A DNA stretch of 64,000 nucleotides from Pocillopora damicornis (lineage: Eukaryota), in assembly GCF_003704095.1 (NCBI RefSeq), contig NW_020844573.1, positions 186,001-250,000 of the forward strand, read 5' to 3'. The notes under the pieces are model-generated. The model was not told where the DNA came from and made no database searches. It saw only the letters and a program-made list of their open reading frames with translations. This document shows positions 13,001-27,200 of the stretch, one piece after another. The position numbers were made by a program, and so were the translations under genes. The number at the start of each line of letters is the position of its first letter. Positions within the stretch are counted from its first letter, which is position 1.

Positions 13001-16000
13001 AAAGTTATCAAAGATTTTGGATTATTCGACACACGTGGCCATTTCTTCTTTAAGAGGAGATTTCGTTCAAAGCTAAAGCAAATTTCGCTTGAAGGAACCT
13101 CATTCTACTTAGTTTAAGTCAAAACGAGAGCTAAATTCCAAAAAGAATTTTTGATTATGTGAAGTGGATAATGATAGGTTTTTTGGATCACCAAGTAAAC
13201 AAGAGGTTATTAGCAAAGAATTCCGCAATTTTTGCATGATTTATGATAAGAGTGTTGTTGATCACTCAAGCAATTGCGAGACAATGTTGTGCTTTTTATT
13301 ATTAGTTTTAAAATTGATAAAACGTACAACCAAATAGAACCGGTGCATGTTTTCTTTCCAAATAAACCAAAATCATGAAGAGACTTCTGATATAACAATA
13401 TGCGTCTGATGTTCGAAAGCAAGTCTGTCGAATATTCAATCGATCTGAACACGTGTTTTTATTTTCCTGACAAAACCTTCACAAACCACTGGTACGCTAT
13501 CAAATAGAAAACTATTCCCACATCGTTCTCATCATAAACTTATGTTTCTTTACATGGCTTCCATGTGCCTCTCAATGTCTCATGTTTTTTATTAAAACAG
13601 TAAAATTACTCTAGACTACTGGTACTTTCTTTTACGGACAAGCAAGCTGGGATTATGACAGCCAAAACATGGTGGAGTTGCAAACACCCAAAACTCCACC
13701 AAGGAAAATCAAACACATACATTCAGATGACCTCCAGCAGGTCCGGGAGTAGTGGTTTGGATGTTATTACCAGCTCCTGGAAGTTGGAAAAGATCGAAAA
13801 ATTTTAATGAAAGATTGCCGGAAACGGTCTGACATGTCTTCCCCTTGTTGTAAAGGAATCCTTGGTTTAAAACGAAGCCAGTTGCGATGAACCCTCCAGA
13901 CACTGGCAGATTCTCTGTTATATTGGGTAATATTTAGTTGAGCTCATGACACGTTGTTTTGTACAAGTGTCAGATTAAAAAGAAATTCAAACTGGTTCTA
14001 TTTCAGTCAATGTCTGCCGCTACAAAGGGAAATATTGCTTCGCTTCATGTATTTCAATGTATTCAATGGCTTTGGCTTTCATGTTAATTATCTTGTGTGT
14101 CAAAGGATGGTCTATATTTGACATACAGTAAACATCGACTAGAGTAAAAGTGTCCCGATTTTCAAGCTTTCTTGCTCTATTTACGAACTGCAAATTGTTC
14201 CGTAATTTAAGAAACGTTTGTCCTATATTCTAAATAGCTGTAGGGCGATTAAGCTGTCAAGAAACACATAAATCTTAATTGAAGGTTCCGTTCAAAAGCA
14301 CTTGTAATGGGGCAGCCCTAGAGGGTTTAAGTTCCGAGTGACGACAAAACGAAACTTAGCTAGTTGTACGATCCTTTTAAAACAGCAAGAGGAAGAAATA
14401 TTTTTAAGAAGCATTTCATAGTAAAAAAAAAAAACCTTGGACGCCATTTCTTTTCCTAAATTTAAATATGAATGGCAGAAATCAATATACTTTTATCACC
14501 AAATGTCTCTGTGCATGAGTCTTCAAAAAAGCAAGATTTTATTCAGTTTTACATTTACCTTTCATTTTTATGCGTCGGTAAACAGGCAGGATTACACGAC
14601 CTACTTAGAGGGCGCAGCTTGTAAGTAGCTAGATGTTTCTTTCAAAAAGAGTGACTCCCCGTGGATCCTAAACCAGTTCTCGCGGCATACTGTAAATCTT
14701 TTGTGCTTTGATCACGGAATCTGGAAGTGCTTTCGTTCTCTCCCTACAGTCCTAAAACTGTAAAATCCTTCCATTCATGCCTTAAAGGCAAAACTTAAAC
14801 TAAAATAAAGGATTCCTCGACAACGAATACTTGTTAATTGCGTTTGTCTTTACATAGGTGCTTCCGTGAAAGCATTGAATAGCATTTCCATTTAAAGTTG
14901 TGGGCACAAAGTGGTGCAAGTAATGCATTTTTACTGTACAAAAGATTGTCAACCAAAGTGTTCCTGAATCACACTTGCTGAGGGGGTGAAACAGGAAAAT
15001 ACGTAAAATTGGGATTTAGCCATAACGTCAGTAAAGGACATTTGAATGTTAATCCACGTTTCCGGTGTTGATTGTATCGAAAATTGTTTCCACTTGCTAA
15101 GCTCGAAATTTTCTCTTATTTAATAATTTTTAAAAGAATTAGCTTGCCTCATTTGGAAAATCAAGATGACGAGCCTAGGGAAAATAAGCAAAAAATGGAG
15201 AACATGGGCTTTGTAAACGATAGAAAATGTACCAAATAAAGACTTTTCAATTAATGTAAGAATTTAATATCGTATGAACTTTCTCGTACATACCATTTTG
15301 TATTGAGAATACCGACATATATATGATGTAGAATAGTTTTTCATGACTTTTCCTTTCCTACTTTTATTGGTTAAACATTTATACTTCACATAGACTTTGC
15401 AAATTCTTGGGGAGTCACTCCTGTGTAAGGAACCTTTTATGTGTCTTTATTTTGGTGTCATAAAAAATAAAGCTCATAAATGTAGTACAGATATTTAAAT
15501 ACCAAACTTGTATCAACCAAATTGTATCTGAATAAAAACCTGTGATGCTGCTCAAAAGGAATTTTGTGTTCATCATCTAGGTCAGACTGTACAGCACAGT
15601 AAAAAGTCAAATTCATTCAACTGAATGCACCGTGAAATAGAAAACACCCTGGGTTATTTAAACCAGACATACGAAGATGTTGTAAGTAATTGAACCTAAA
15701 TATATGCGTTGCGAAATTTGAGAAGATCACAATAATGACAGAATAAAAGAACGCGATGTATGAAAGCAAAAGTACATAACTTTTCAAACATTCAATGAAA
15801 TCACAAGGGATTCAATGAAAATAACAAAAAAGTAACCTCTTCGAGAATAGTTCGCGTGTCTATGAATTATGTTTAGAACTGAAAGTACAGCTGTAAGGCA
15901 CTTGTAACTGCTGTAACTCGAGTGGCTTAGGTTTGCATGAAAATTAAAACGATTCTGTCCAGGGTTAGTAAGAAGTCTGCAGTTGACCTCCTAAAATTTG

Positions 16001-19000
16001 GAATTTGAGGTTTGGAGTCGTAGGGATTTATTTACTTCGAAGGAATTTCGACCTTAATAAAAATGCTCATTGTTAGGAGGACCACAGGAAAATGCGTCAC
16101 TGCTGTAAAGAAAATACTTATTCCTTCTGCGTTTTAAGGATCGAAACATCAACCTCAACACGACGAATGTAGAATGAAAAAAACGATAAGATAATTTAAA
16201 GATTGACGACCAGTAAGATAAGCTGAATAGCTATGGTTGAAGAGATATCTTCAAGCATTTTACAATATAATTGCTTATAATAACTGTCAGTATTGGGCTC
16301 TAGTAATCTCTACTTAAATACAATTAAATACAAGCGAAAGATGAAATGAAACATTATCTTTTGCTTTTCTTGCTTGCATCAATGCGTGTTGTTTGACGTG
16401 TTGTAGATTCCCATAGAGGTCTAGACAGAAGAGGTCGACAGGCGTCACGCCCCGAGAGATATTAACACTAGGAGAAGGCCCTAAAATATGTCCTTGACAC
16501 AAGCCAAAACTATACAATTACTTCTGTCAACATATTATGAATATTTTCGTTTTTACTTAACTCATCATTTCTGATTTTGGACGTAGTCTTTCCTCCGAAA
16601 AAGGACTTACCGAGGTTCCCCCGGTATTTGTTCAAACTGCTTTTACTGGTAGGATAGTATAAGTTATGCATGTCTGGTGAATCAACATTGTTTATTGTAC
16701 ACTTCTTAGATGTACGTACGTTCAACATTTAATATTATCAACAGCTGCAGTATTAGAAGTCTCTTTTAGCATGAATTTTTCTTCCTATACCTTTCCAAAT
16801 TTTCAGCTATTTGCAGATCCTCTCTTTTGAACAAATTCGCCAAAGGTTTACTTCTACGAGCACACGAAACTTCAGTAAAATTGTTTGACCATGTTTTTTT
16901 TTTAAATTTCCTTTCCATATCTGAACTTCACGGTAACAGCTTGCGAAAGTAGCCATCTTCGGTGAAACTGAGTTTAACGAATCTTGTTTTAACAAATGAT
17001 GGTTACTGGTGGTACCAGAGGGAACCTGTTCTGATATTCCTACCGCACCCACGCCAACTCTCCACGAAATGGCATAAAAATTAAGATTCCTTTTTCAAAA
17101 ATACTGAAACAACCGAGACAAAAATGTTTGCTTCAAGAAACATTACACCCGAATACTTTTGGGTTGAAGTAAATCACGTAAAGCCAGAAGGAACTTTAAA
17201 CACTTGGTTGAAATGGCACAGACAGAAATTGAAGAAGAAAGTGGATTTAGTGTCATTGAACATGGCCTAAAATTCCAGAAGACTATTTGCTTTTAACAAC
17301 TTGCGAAAAGAAAGTTTACAGTATGATTTGATGTGTCGAGCAAGGTTTGTTTGGGCGTTGTTCGCAAATGTAAAATTTTAAATAGGAAATAAGGAGTAAA
17401 GGTCTATTGCTGTGAAGAAGAAAAGGATATTTATTTAGAATTTTTTCTCAATGACTCAGATTTTTTGGCAAAAAAAAGTGGGTTCGACTGATTTAATATC
17501 ATCAAGAAAACGCACAAAGTATCAATAGTTATGATATGATTTTCAATCCCTACGAGGTGGTTCTGAGTGAAATAAGATATGGATATTATAGTTAAGCAGA
17601 TAGAGCGGCGCCAACACTGCAAGCTATTACATCTTTTAAAATGTTCAGTGGGCCAAGGTTAGAAAACGATGAGGGATAACATATGCGACAGACAAACACT
17701 TTAAACCTTAACTATAGAACACTATAAATCATTGCATTTCGCTCGTGGTAACTAAGCTATACGGTTGCAAGGAATATCAAATTACTATTCTCCTATTACC
17801 ATAATTTAAGAGGGGAAATACCCGATTCTCCGAAAGTAAATTTTGAATTTTGTAACTTACACATGTATTACTTTTGCACAAGTATTGCTAATTTAGAAAT
17901 CACATCCTAAGTAAGAACGGACAATCTCTCCCAGTTTTTTGCTTGTATTTCAAGTCCTCGATTTACATGAAAATAAACTGTGAAGGACACAAGTCGATAA
18001 GTCGCGTATCTTCTGAAACTGAAGTTCTTAATTCATTGTTGCTGACTGAATTTCCTTTCTCTCTCATTCCAGAGAACTACTTCAAGTATAAAGCTAACTC
18101 TTACAGAGGATTTACGCTCTTTTATAGATACTGCCACTAAAATCATTAGTGACAATAAGTGAAAGAAAGAAAGGGACAGCTCGCACATATTTTACCATTT
18201 ACCAGGGCAATTTTTTAAACCCTGGAGAATCTTTTTAGTCATGCTGCCGAAGGAGCGAAAGGGCTGCCAATCCTTTCATGTCGAGTCGCGCCTCTCGAGG
18301 GCTTTTATCACAAAACCTTAGCTAAGAGGAGGACGATTTGCAAACGATCTGCTGCTTCACAGAAAGATGTTGATTATTTTTCAAGGGTACAAGACAAAGA
18401 AAAATCTATTACCCCGCCCCCCGAACCACAGAATTTTTCATTTCGCGACCAAATACTCTTCCAAAAGAGCTACAGAAAATTAGATATTGAGGAAGGCTTT
18501 TCACGAGGGTTAAGCGCTCTGGAAACTGCAAGAATCGACATCAGCAAAGTCGCGTGGAGGCCGTCTGAGTAGTAACCTATCTTATGGTTAATTTCGATTG
18601 AATTCCTAATACGCTTTCGTAAGACGGGTAAAGTTTGCTCAACGATATTTGAAACGGTCTCACATAGAAGCCACTAAGAAATTACGAAAAAGTTCTGGCC
18701 CCAACTATAAAAATATCTCAAACAGAGTCAAAGTGATTTTTGCTTTTCCTCGTTTCAATTTTGGAACAAAGACCTTTGTACCACCTCACACTGTTAATAA
18801 GATTTGGTGCTCCATTTTCTGTTTCTAGTCCATTTTTCTTTAAATTCCTGTTACAGGCAAATCATCCCGTCTAAAATTGTATTAACCAAAATCCGATCGT
18901 TCTGATCTTCGCAGTCCTTATCAACCGCCAAGAAGGAACGAATTTACTGACTAAACTCTTTGGGAAATAGGCGGGGAAGTTACATGAATTGTTGTAAAAT

Positions 19001-22000
19001 AAAATCTCGGCCAAACAATTAATGCTGTTTAACAATGATTACAGGCATCTTCTTTGTAACTTTTATAGAAATTATTTGCTATCACAACAAGGATATACAT
19101 TTTATTGGTGTCTTTTCCCTTAAAACAACTTGCTTTTACGATAAGAGTCGTTTTTAAAGCTAGTCTCCAACAGGCTTTGCCATATTTTAAATCGGGCATC
19201 ATTTGTGAAATTGAAATTTCCAATCTGTCCTGCCGTGACAACCTTTCAATAATCCTACTTCGTCTGCCACGTGTTTAGTGTGTGCTCTCGAAAATCATAA
19301 GAAAACACTAGTAAATGTAACCTTTGGACGGTTCACAGAATTTTAGAAAACGAGGACGAAGGCCGAAGAAAGGATAATGATTTCATTGGGACTTGGAAGT
19401 GAGCCGTCCATCTGATTTGCTCACCAAATTAATTTGCACAACCACACACCTGCTCAATTTTTGCATTTTGAAAACGATACGATGTTTTCTTGCTTCATGG
19501 ATGAAACTTAAATGCCCATCAAAATGCTATTTCTTCAGTTTTCTGTCAATGCAAAAATCATATTCTTGAAATTCTGACAAAAACCCTACTTCATTCTAAA
19601 ACTATTCCTTTATGGTTTTCACCGAGCTGGTAAACAATCTCTTGTATGGGCAAAAAGCCATTGATTTGTCAAGCTGCTTGGTTGCGCTTAAAAATCATGT
19701 CTGAGAATGTGTAGAATAACGCCTTGACAAACACCTCACATCCTTTCCCTTTCAATATAATTGTAACCAAATCAGAGTTTTCCCCTAACACTACAAATTG
19801 TCTAATCTTACGCTTACCTCAAACGCCAAGCCCTCGAACGACAAGCGAAAAAATGGCTCCCCCATGCTACAACACACACACACAAAATTTTTTTTCGCTA
19901 CTCTCGCCAATAAGCTCTCTGTTTGAGCGCTACCGGCAACTAGCGAAGCTTCTGACAGCTAAACCCCTTTATTTTTCCTAAAGTTTCTGTGGGAGGGAAT
20001 GCTTCCCAGCTCGGTTTAACACATGTTGAATTTTGCCTCATATGGCGTCTTAGCAGAGTGAGTCTCAATACTCGGCGGTACCTGTCATGTAGATGTGGGC
20101 AGAGAATATCGTAAGAAGATCTGTAAATATTTTACTGCCTGTGATTTATCGTTCATATTCCTCGACAGACCCTGATACCTTTCAGATCTCACAGTGCAAA
20201 ATAAGGGTCTGATTTTAAGGGATTATCAGAAAACGTGCTTCCTCGCCGCAAGACGTTTCCATTCAATTCTTTCAAAAGGAAAAAGCTAAAAACAGAGAGG
20301 CTTACCCATCTGGGACAGAAATAGATTTATATTTCTCCAAACCAAGTGAAGTAAGGAGGATTTTTATCCCATTTTTTCACGTGATCTTTGCTGACTTCTG
20401 AAAAGCTTCTACCAGAGGCAAATTCGAACCCATAAGAAGTGGTTACAAAAAAGAAAATAAAAATAACGAATGTTCAAATATTTCAGAGGTGAAAAAATCG
20501 AAGATATGTAAACAGTCTATTTACCTCTGCCTCTAAATAAAAGGAATAAAATAAAACAAGACAAAAGAATTCGGATGAGAAAAACTCTCCTACAAATGAC
20601 ACTCTTGAGCGTGTAGAGACTGTTCCTAAAACGCAACTGTCAGAAAAACTCAGAAATATCTTGGATAACGCCAAGAGGCATGCCGAGTTCTTATCAGATA
20701 ATTTAAAAAATACTCTGATAGAGAAAAAACCATCGGTTCTGCGTGACAAAAAGAGTCGGGAGTTTATTTCAAATAAAGAAAGGTGTTCAGTTATTACGTA
20801 AGGAAATAGTACTGGCCCATTCAAAGGCGAAAGTAATGTATATCAAACTTGAACGAAAAGATAAAGAAGCGATGTTTCATTCTGATAAAAGTCTTGCTCG
20901 TGAAAGGCCAAGTTGCTCAATTTCATCAAAGTTACAACAGCACGAGGTTGCTTAAAAAATTAAGTTATTAGTACACTTTTGGAATTTTCGTGACGACTCG
21001 TCATACAAGCGCACGCCATAACAATAAAAGTAATATGCTTACAAAATATATTTAAAACAAAGTCAAGTAAGGCAGCAATTGACATTTACTAAAAAATTTA
21101 TACACTTAAGAATAAAGAATACGTCAGATAATTAATTCGAAGATAAACTAACAGTGAAACAAATCAGGTATGGATTTAACAAGGTACTTATAAAAGTCAC
21201 GAAACATTATTACAGGATTGTGTCTCCGTCACAACGAAAACTCTCATGATAGTAAGAAACGATGACTCAGAAATGCAGGAGGCACATCTTAAATACCGTA
21301 CTAGAGCCGAACTGCAATCCAAAGGACTGAAAAAAAAATTTGTTCGCGTTTTGCATCCAATTTTAGATTTTAAAAAGAATCGCTCTTTGGTTGCTAAACG
21401 CAGATTGAACAATGGGCACCCTGTGTTCAGAACGGAAGAGATAAAAGTTGAAACCTCCACGAAGCTTTTGAATCGATAACAATTGTCACATGGAATTCAT
21501 CACAGCTGGCTTCAAATCAATTTCTGAGAAAAAAGTAAATAGGTTAAATCAAGGAGCTAGGATTTAGCAGAAAGGTTTCAAAGAAAATCTGCCAGCTAAA
21601 CATTTTGTTTCTAGCCATGTACAAAAAGAAGCTTAAAATATGATCAACATACTGTCTACGAAAAATCATTTATAAGCTGTAATCTATATTCGTGACAGCA
21701 ATCATTGGTCTATCAGCTATTTTTTGTTACTGATTTGACCAGATGCTTCATCTTCTACGTTTGATTTTTATCCACGCTAAGAATCGAATCAAGTAACATT
21801 TCTCGTAATTACAATTTCTTTAAGGTATGCTTCATAAATGACAAAATAGATCGTGATTCCAATCAAGACGGAACAAATTACTCTGCAGTCCTCAGGTCAT
21901 ATTCGGGTCACCTTATGTAAGAAAGCTAAAAAATTAATTAGACCGGATTGAAATAATCTAAATCAGTTGGTAACCTGTGGAGAAGTGGACAATCTTTGAT

Positions 22001-22599
22001 TGAGTATATTCTCTATAGGGGCAATACACATGATCGTTATCCTGTCAATTCGTGTAAAAAGAACATATGGCACTGAACTGCTAATCTGTCTGAATCGTGG
22101 CTTAAATTATGCAGGTCCAAAAAGCTGATAGAGGCTAGTTTGAATTTTATTTTTCCTAATGGACTAACATTGCAAACGTTTTCAGTGTTTCTGGCTTTTC
22201 CAACGTATAGGGAAACTGATAGATTGCACGAGAACACGTTTACGGTCTGCAACTTGCACATGCGCACATGGGAAGAAAGGGAAAGCGACGCAATTCTACG
22301 TTAGCCATGTTAGGTCTCATTAGAGCGCGGAAAAACCTTTTTCGTCACAATATTAATGTTTGTTTATCTGTATCGTCTTCCTTCTTCATATCCTTCTAAT
22401 AAAGTTCAATTGATCTTTCAGCCTTCCCAAAAAGGGGGTGTGGTCAGGGGATAAGGGACCATGAGCGATACTGTCAACCCCTTTCCCTATTTTTGGACAC
22501 ACAAAGAAAGGGAAACACTTACCCTGTATAGGACCACACCTCCAGTTTTGGGACATGTTGAGCAGAAGGGAAGAGAAAAGGGAATCACTATGTTATTTT

Positions 22600-22730
22600 G
22601 GGTAAAAAGAATAAGAAAAATGGTAAATTTTGAGCTAGAACATGTATTAAAGGACTGTGTCATTCGTTTTGTCAAGACCCAGGAATCGAAACCCGTATTT
22701 AGCGCTCTGATGCTCGAACACTGAGCTACT
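22600..22730 (-). mobile_element. Degenerate tRNA-derived SINE-like repeat
   Basis: Minus strand reads AGTAGCTCAGTGTTCGAGCATCAGAGCGCTAAATACGGGTTTCGATTCCTGG, with Pol III A-box-like (TAGCTCAGTG..) and B-box-like (GTTTCGATTCC) elements but no complete cloverleaf. The adjoining AGAATAAGAAAAATGGTAAATTTTGAGCT resembles an abundant coral repeat from memory. Confidence 0.65.
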
Positions 22731-22803
22731 CTTGATGATAAACAGGATCATTATTACCTCACACGTGATCATAGTCAAGTCCTACCTCACAGTAGAGTTG
22801 TCT

Positions 22804-22830
22804 GTAGCTGGGTGGTAAAGCATCAGAGGT
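22804..22830 (+). mobile_element. Truncated second tRNA-like SINE head, inverted relative to the first
   Basis: GTAGCTGGGTGGTAAAGCATCAGAG matches the reverse complement of 22705-22729 (GTAGCTCAGTGTTCGAGCATCAGAG) at 20 of 25 positions. Confidence 0.5.
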
Positions 22831-23526
22831 TTCCTGTAGAAGGGTCAACTGATACAGCAGTACTAAAGATGAACTTTGGCACCTAATTATCAAATGCTAC
22901 CACAAGAGCAATCACCAATAAGGTCCAAATAGCACGCTAATACTTAAGAATAAAGAGACGAGAATTACTCTGGGACGACAAAGTCCCATGGAACTCTTTA
23001 TCCAGATTTACGTGGCACCTCATGCAAGACTGACTCATCATTCCTCCCTCCTCTATGCGCAAGCCCAGCCAAATGAGAGGGAATCATTTAAGTCTTCTTC
23101 GTTAAAATGAAACATTGGAATTTAGGAAATCACAAAGTGCCGCAAAGGTGCCCTTAAATAGTCGGTAACGTAGCTTAAAACAAATGAGGAGTAGGCTTCC
23201 AAGCCCAAACATCAGAGCAACTGAAAGCTATCGTAACCTATGCTTGGCACGCCCAGCACCAGCTAAGATCAAGAGATCTTTGGAGCTGGTGTCTGCCTTA
23301 GATAAAGTGTCAATGACAACTGCAAATTAATGTAGTATTTTCTAAAGTGGTCTAACAATGAAAGAGATGATGGAAGGAACTGAGATATCCTTAAACAGAG
23401 TACCAGACGTACATCGAATGCCCGTATCTTAAAAGGCACGCTACCTGGTATCATATAGTCGGAGGAGGATATAAGAGATCTGCGATATTGTGTATCAAGC
23501 AACTACGTTTTATGGAAATTCTCGTT

Positions 23527-24240
23527 GCTGCAATGTTACCTAAGGCGTTTTAATAGCAGCACTACCATTTCACAGTTAGCTCAAGACATGTGCTATCAGA
23601 AGGGCAAAGACATGGGCACTGCTGTAGCATCGTCTAGCAAAGACAAAAGGGACTTGCATTGCTGCATTATTGACTGATAGTGCAATGCGGCGTGCATGTT
23701 GCTGCAATGTCACCCATTAATATAAATCTACAACCGTTCTATCACAAATGGTACGTCCTGATTGGCTATGCTTCCCCGCTGTTTGTTCTGTGATAGGTAG
23801 TGAGTACCGTGAGTAGCCGAACGCAGTGTGGTTGTAAAGTATTAGCCATAATTTAATGTTAAATATTGCTACTTGGCCATGCCCAGTGATGCCACATCAT
23901 TTAAATATGAAACGAAACATACACTGTTATATTTTACGTACTATAGCAGCGTAACAAAAAGCTGCCCACCGCTGCACCATCACTTTACAGTGTAATAAAT
24001 ACCCGAGTGGCTGCAATATCACCTTGGGCCAGCTGACTACTGAAACTACACGGCTATAATACCACTTGAAAGCGTGTACATTGATGCAATCGCATATCGA
24101 GGTAACAAAGCCATGAACACTGAATATACTTTGATAATTGGCCAACGACATGCGCACCGCTGCAATGTCATTTAAAAGTTCAGCATGGAGATTCATACCG
24201 CTGCAATATTCCTTAACATTCATCGCTGCAAAATGGAATA
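23527..24240 (+). repeat. Degenerate ~20/40-bp periodic array with core GCTGCAATRT
   Basis: GCTGCAAT at 23527, 23701, 24010, 24159 and 24200. Variants at 23621, 23661, 23680, 23971, 24032, 24052 and 24225. All on one strand, with recurring 39-41 bp and ~20 bp spacings. Confidence 0.6.
23721..23833. mobile_element. Fragment of an interspersed repeat interrupting the array
   Basis: TATAAATCTAC..TTCTATCAC..CTGATTGGCTA..TTCTGTGATAGGTAGTGAGTA..GCAGTGT breaks the array periodicity. It resembles a common anthozoan repeat terminus (possibly Crypton-like) from memory only. Confidence 0.4.
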
Positions 24241-27200
24241 TGTGACATGACACAGTTATTGATTCGATATTATCCATGGGAAAACTACGAAAATGCGCCT
24301 AACAATACCACCAGCACAATGCAAAATAAGCATTACCCCACTATCGTCGGGTTGAATTGCCATTTGCATACAATGTGCATTGCTTTTAAAACTGTGATTC
24401 CAGTATGGGAATTCTGATGAATCATTTTTCTACTAAAAAAAAGTTTGAAATATTTGGCCAAACATGCAGCCATGTCACATATCATAAAGAGGTAGACAAC
24501 ACAAGAGTAAATTACTTACAAAATCGTGATTGCATTGATATACCCTCAAAAAAACACGTCGCATTCCTTTTGGTTTAGTAGCATAAGCTTCACTGAATGA
24601 GTTTGAGTTGATAATTCTTCATAGTTAAAGCAAGAAACAAACAAAAAAAAATCAGAAAAACAGGAAAATTATTTTAAAGGGAGGTGAATTTGTTTATCCT
24701 CCTAACTTTTAAGATGGGCAAGGTTCGAGAATAATTTCTAAACAAATGCAAAAGTGCATGCGAATTGCTGGTATCAAGACGAGTCCAGCCTCTCCCCTTC
24801 TTTTATTATCGTCTACCAAAAATTTGTTAAGTAAAACGTTTTTCTTTTTCCAAGATGCTAAAAATTTCCTAGGCAGCAGAACCACCGAAAGGAGACTGAG
24901 AGAACAACAAGTGACATCTCAAGAAAGTACCTTTGGTGGTATCTGGAATAAAAGAGATATGGGTTCATTTTCCCACAATGTTCAATGACTTAACTATGAA
25001 TACTGTACTAATACAATATGACATGCTGCACCCAAAAACCAAAAAATTAAAGAACAGTGGTTTATTAAAACGATGGAGTACTGTATCAAACGGTACTTCT
25101 GATCACTCATAGCACATTTTACAAGGCCTCCAATGAGGTGTTAAAATAAAGTCACACGGCAGAATAAAAGGCTGGTAAATTTTAGAAGATATTTCTTAGA
25201 TGGATTAGTGTTTCTGTTAATCAATAAGACCTAAAATTGGAAAGGTCTCTTTCCTGTTGCAAATAAGACAGATAAATAAACCAACAAAATGAGCCAATAG
25301 TATATAGTTATTTAGGATATAAAAGTATTTTCTATTGAAAATGGGACACTCCGAGGTCTGTGAGGAATTTTTCAGACATGAGGAACTATCAGATATGTCA
25401 AAATTATCTTTCATGTATGAATGTTATTTCACCATGGAAACCTTAAAGCTCTTACACTTCTCGTACTAAGTTTGCATTCCCAAAATGTGTTATTTTAACA
25501 ACTATCGATTTTCCTTTCGCACCAAAACAACTAAACTATAAGTAGTAGGTTTCCATATTATAAGCACCAAAAGTTCTACCTCTGTTACAGCATCACCCAT
25601 CCATTTGTACATCGCACTACGAACCGGCGCTCGGTAAAAAATATTTCGAAAAAGGCCACATATCAACAAAAACTTAATACTAATTTCGTCCAATCGAACA
25701 TTTGTGTCATTGACGCTTTTCGCTCTTTCTCTGGAACTGAGATCCAGGAGAAGAGGAAAAAAATTGTTGATTTTAAGCGTTAGGTACATCTTAATGTTTA
25801 ATGAAACCGTAAACAGAGAGGCTCTATTTCGGGCCATTAGCCATTAGTAGTGTGAGTGGAAAAATGACCATAATCTGCGAACGCTATGCGCATGGGGTTA
25901 AGGAAAGTGGAAAAAGCGTCGAAAAAATCATTGCCACAGTCCTAGAAGGAAAAAAGAGAGATGCACACAATATTGAATTTAAAGGCATTTTTTTATGAAT
26001 GGGCAAGATTTGATTTTAGAGTATAAATGAGTAACAATAAAATCATAAGGTCTCAAAAAAGTCTAAAGCTTCCGAAAATTTCAATTTAAAAAATGTGTTA
26101 TTTCATGGGAAATGTTTTAAAAAAAATGGAGTTGGTATTGCCATTTTGTATTACTGTCTGCGGAATTATGTTTTAATAGCTTTAACCAAGAAGAGGCCTA
26201 TGTTTCTTTCCAGACATTCCGTGGCATTTTTAAGGCTCATCTAGCACAAATATTCCAAAACTGTAATTCAAAGTTTGCTTTAAAGCTATACAATGATGGA
26301 GTCTCTCAGTCAGAAGCATCCATTTCATTCAGAAATAATATCTTGTCCAGTATAAACAGGTAAATAAACTTGATACGACTTATTTTGAAGCAAAGGAAAG
26401 TACACGATAAAGGGCATTTTTACTGAGGTGTCGATTTTAAAGGGAGGCTTAAATCATCTGACGCAGCGATGGACGATTGCTTGGACTTAACATGAAACTA
26501 AAATACAAAAACAAAAACAAAAGAAAGGAAATAAGCTCTTCTGATCGTATCTGATAAAGTCGTCAACAGCCACTAATACAGCAACTTTCTCTTTTCACTA
26601 TCTCATAAAACTTTCTCTAAACGATCATGTTATCAAGCCATCTTTGATAGTTCTAGAACATAGATTAATAATCTTTCCTCGTTTCACAGTCAGTCCCGCT
26701 GTATAGTTATTCGTTCCTTCATCAAACCCATAGTTGGAAATAAATCAGGCATTGCATCGATAGGAAAGAAAAGATACTGCACATGAACTTCTCTGTCAAA
26801 GGTATTTTTAGGTGAACTCATGCCTGGCAAGGTAGAAAGAAAATATTGACGGCTTTTCCATAAGAATTCGTCTCGTCCCATAAAAAACTTGTTCGTATGC
26901 CAGTTTTGGAAAAACTTTTAGGGAAAACTAGACTGACATTTGTCAGGGAAATTTTAAAGCTTCTCCTAAAAAACTTTTGCCAACAAGTTTTCTTTGCTAA
27001 TATATTCAGAGAACAGTTTCGATGCCGGGCGAAAGAAACCTGCAACTAGTGACCTCTGAACACTCACTGTGTAACGTGAACATGGGGGTCAGAATAATAA
27101 CGAGAATGATAACTCATGATAAATGCTACACTTTTTAATTTTCTCTGTGTCAGTTCAACAAACCCTCTTCACTGATTCATCCTCTGGTTTATATGCTAAA

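Noticed and set aside
22679-22730. Functional tRNA gene
   Set aside because: The A-to-B box region is shortened, with no anticodon arm or acceptor stem pairing. Better explained as a SINE relic.
25873-25901. piggyBac-like terminus (...GCGCATGGGGTTAA), and hAT-like CAGGGCTCAAATT at 53702
   Set aside because: I found no matching partner terminal inverted repeat or target-site duplication at a suitable position and orientation.
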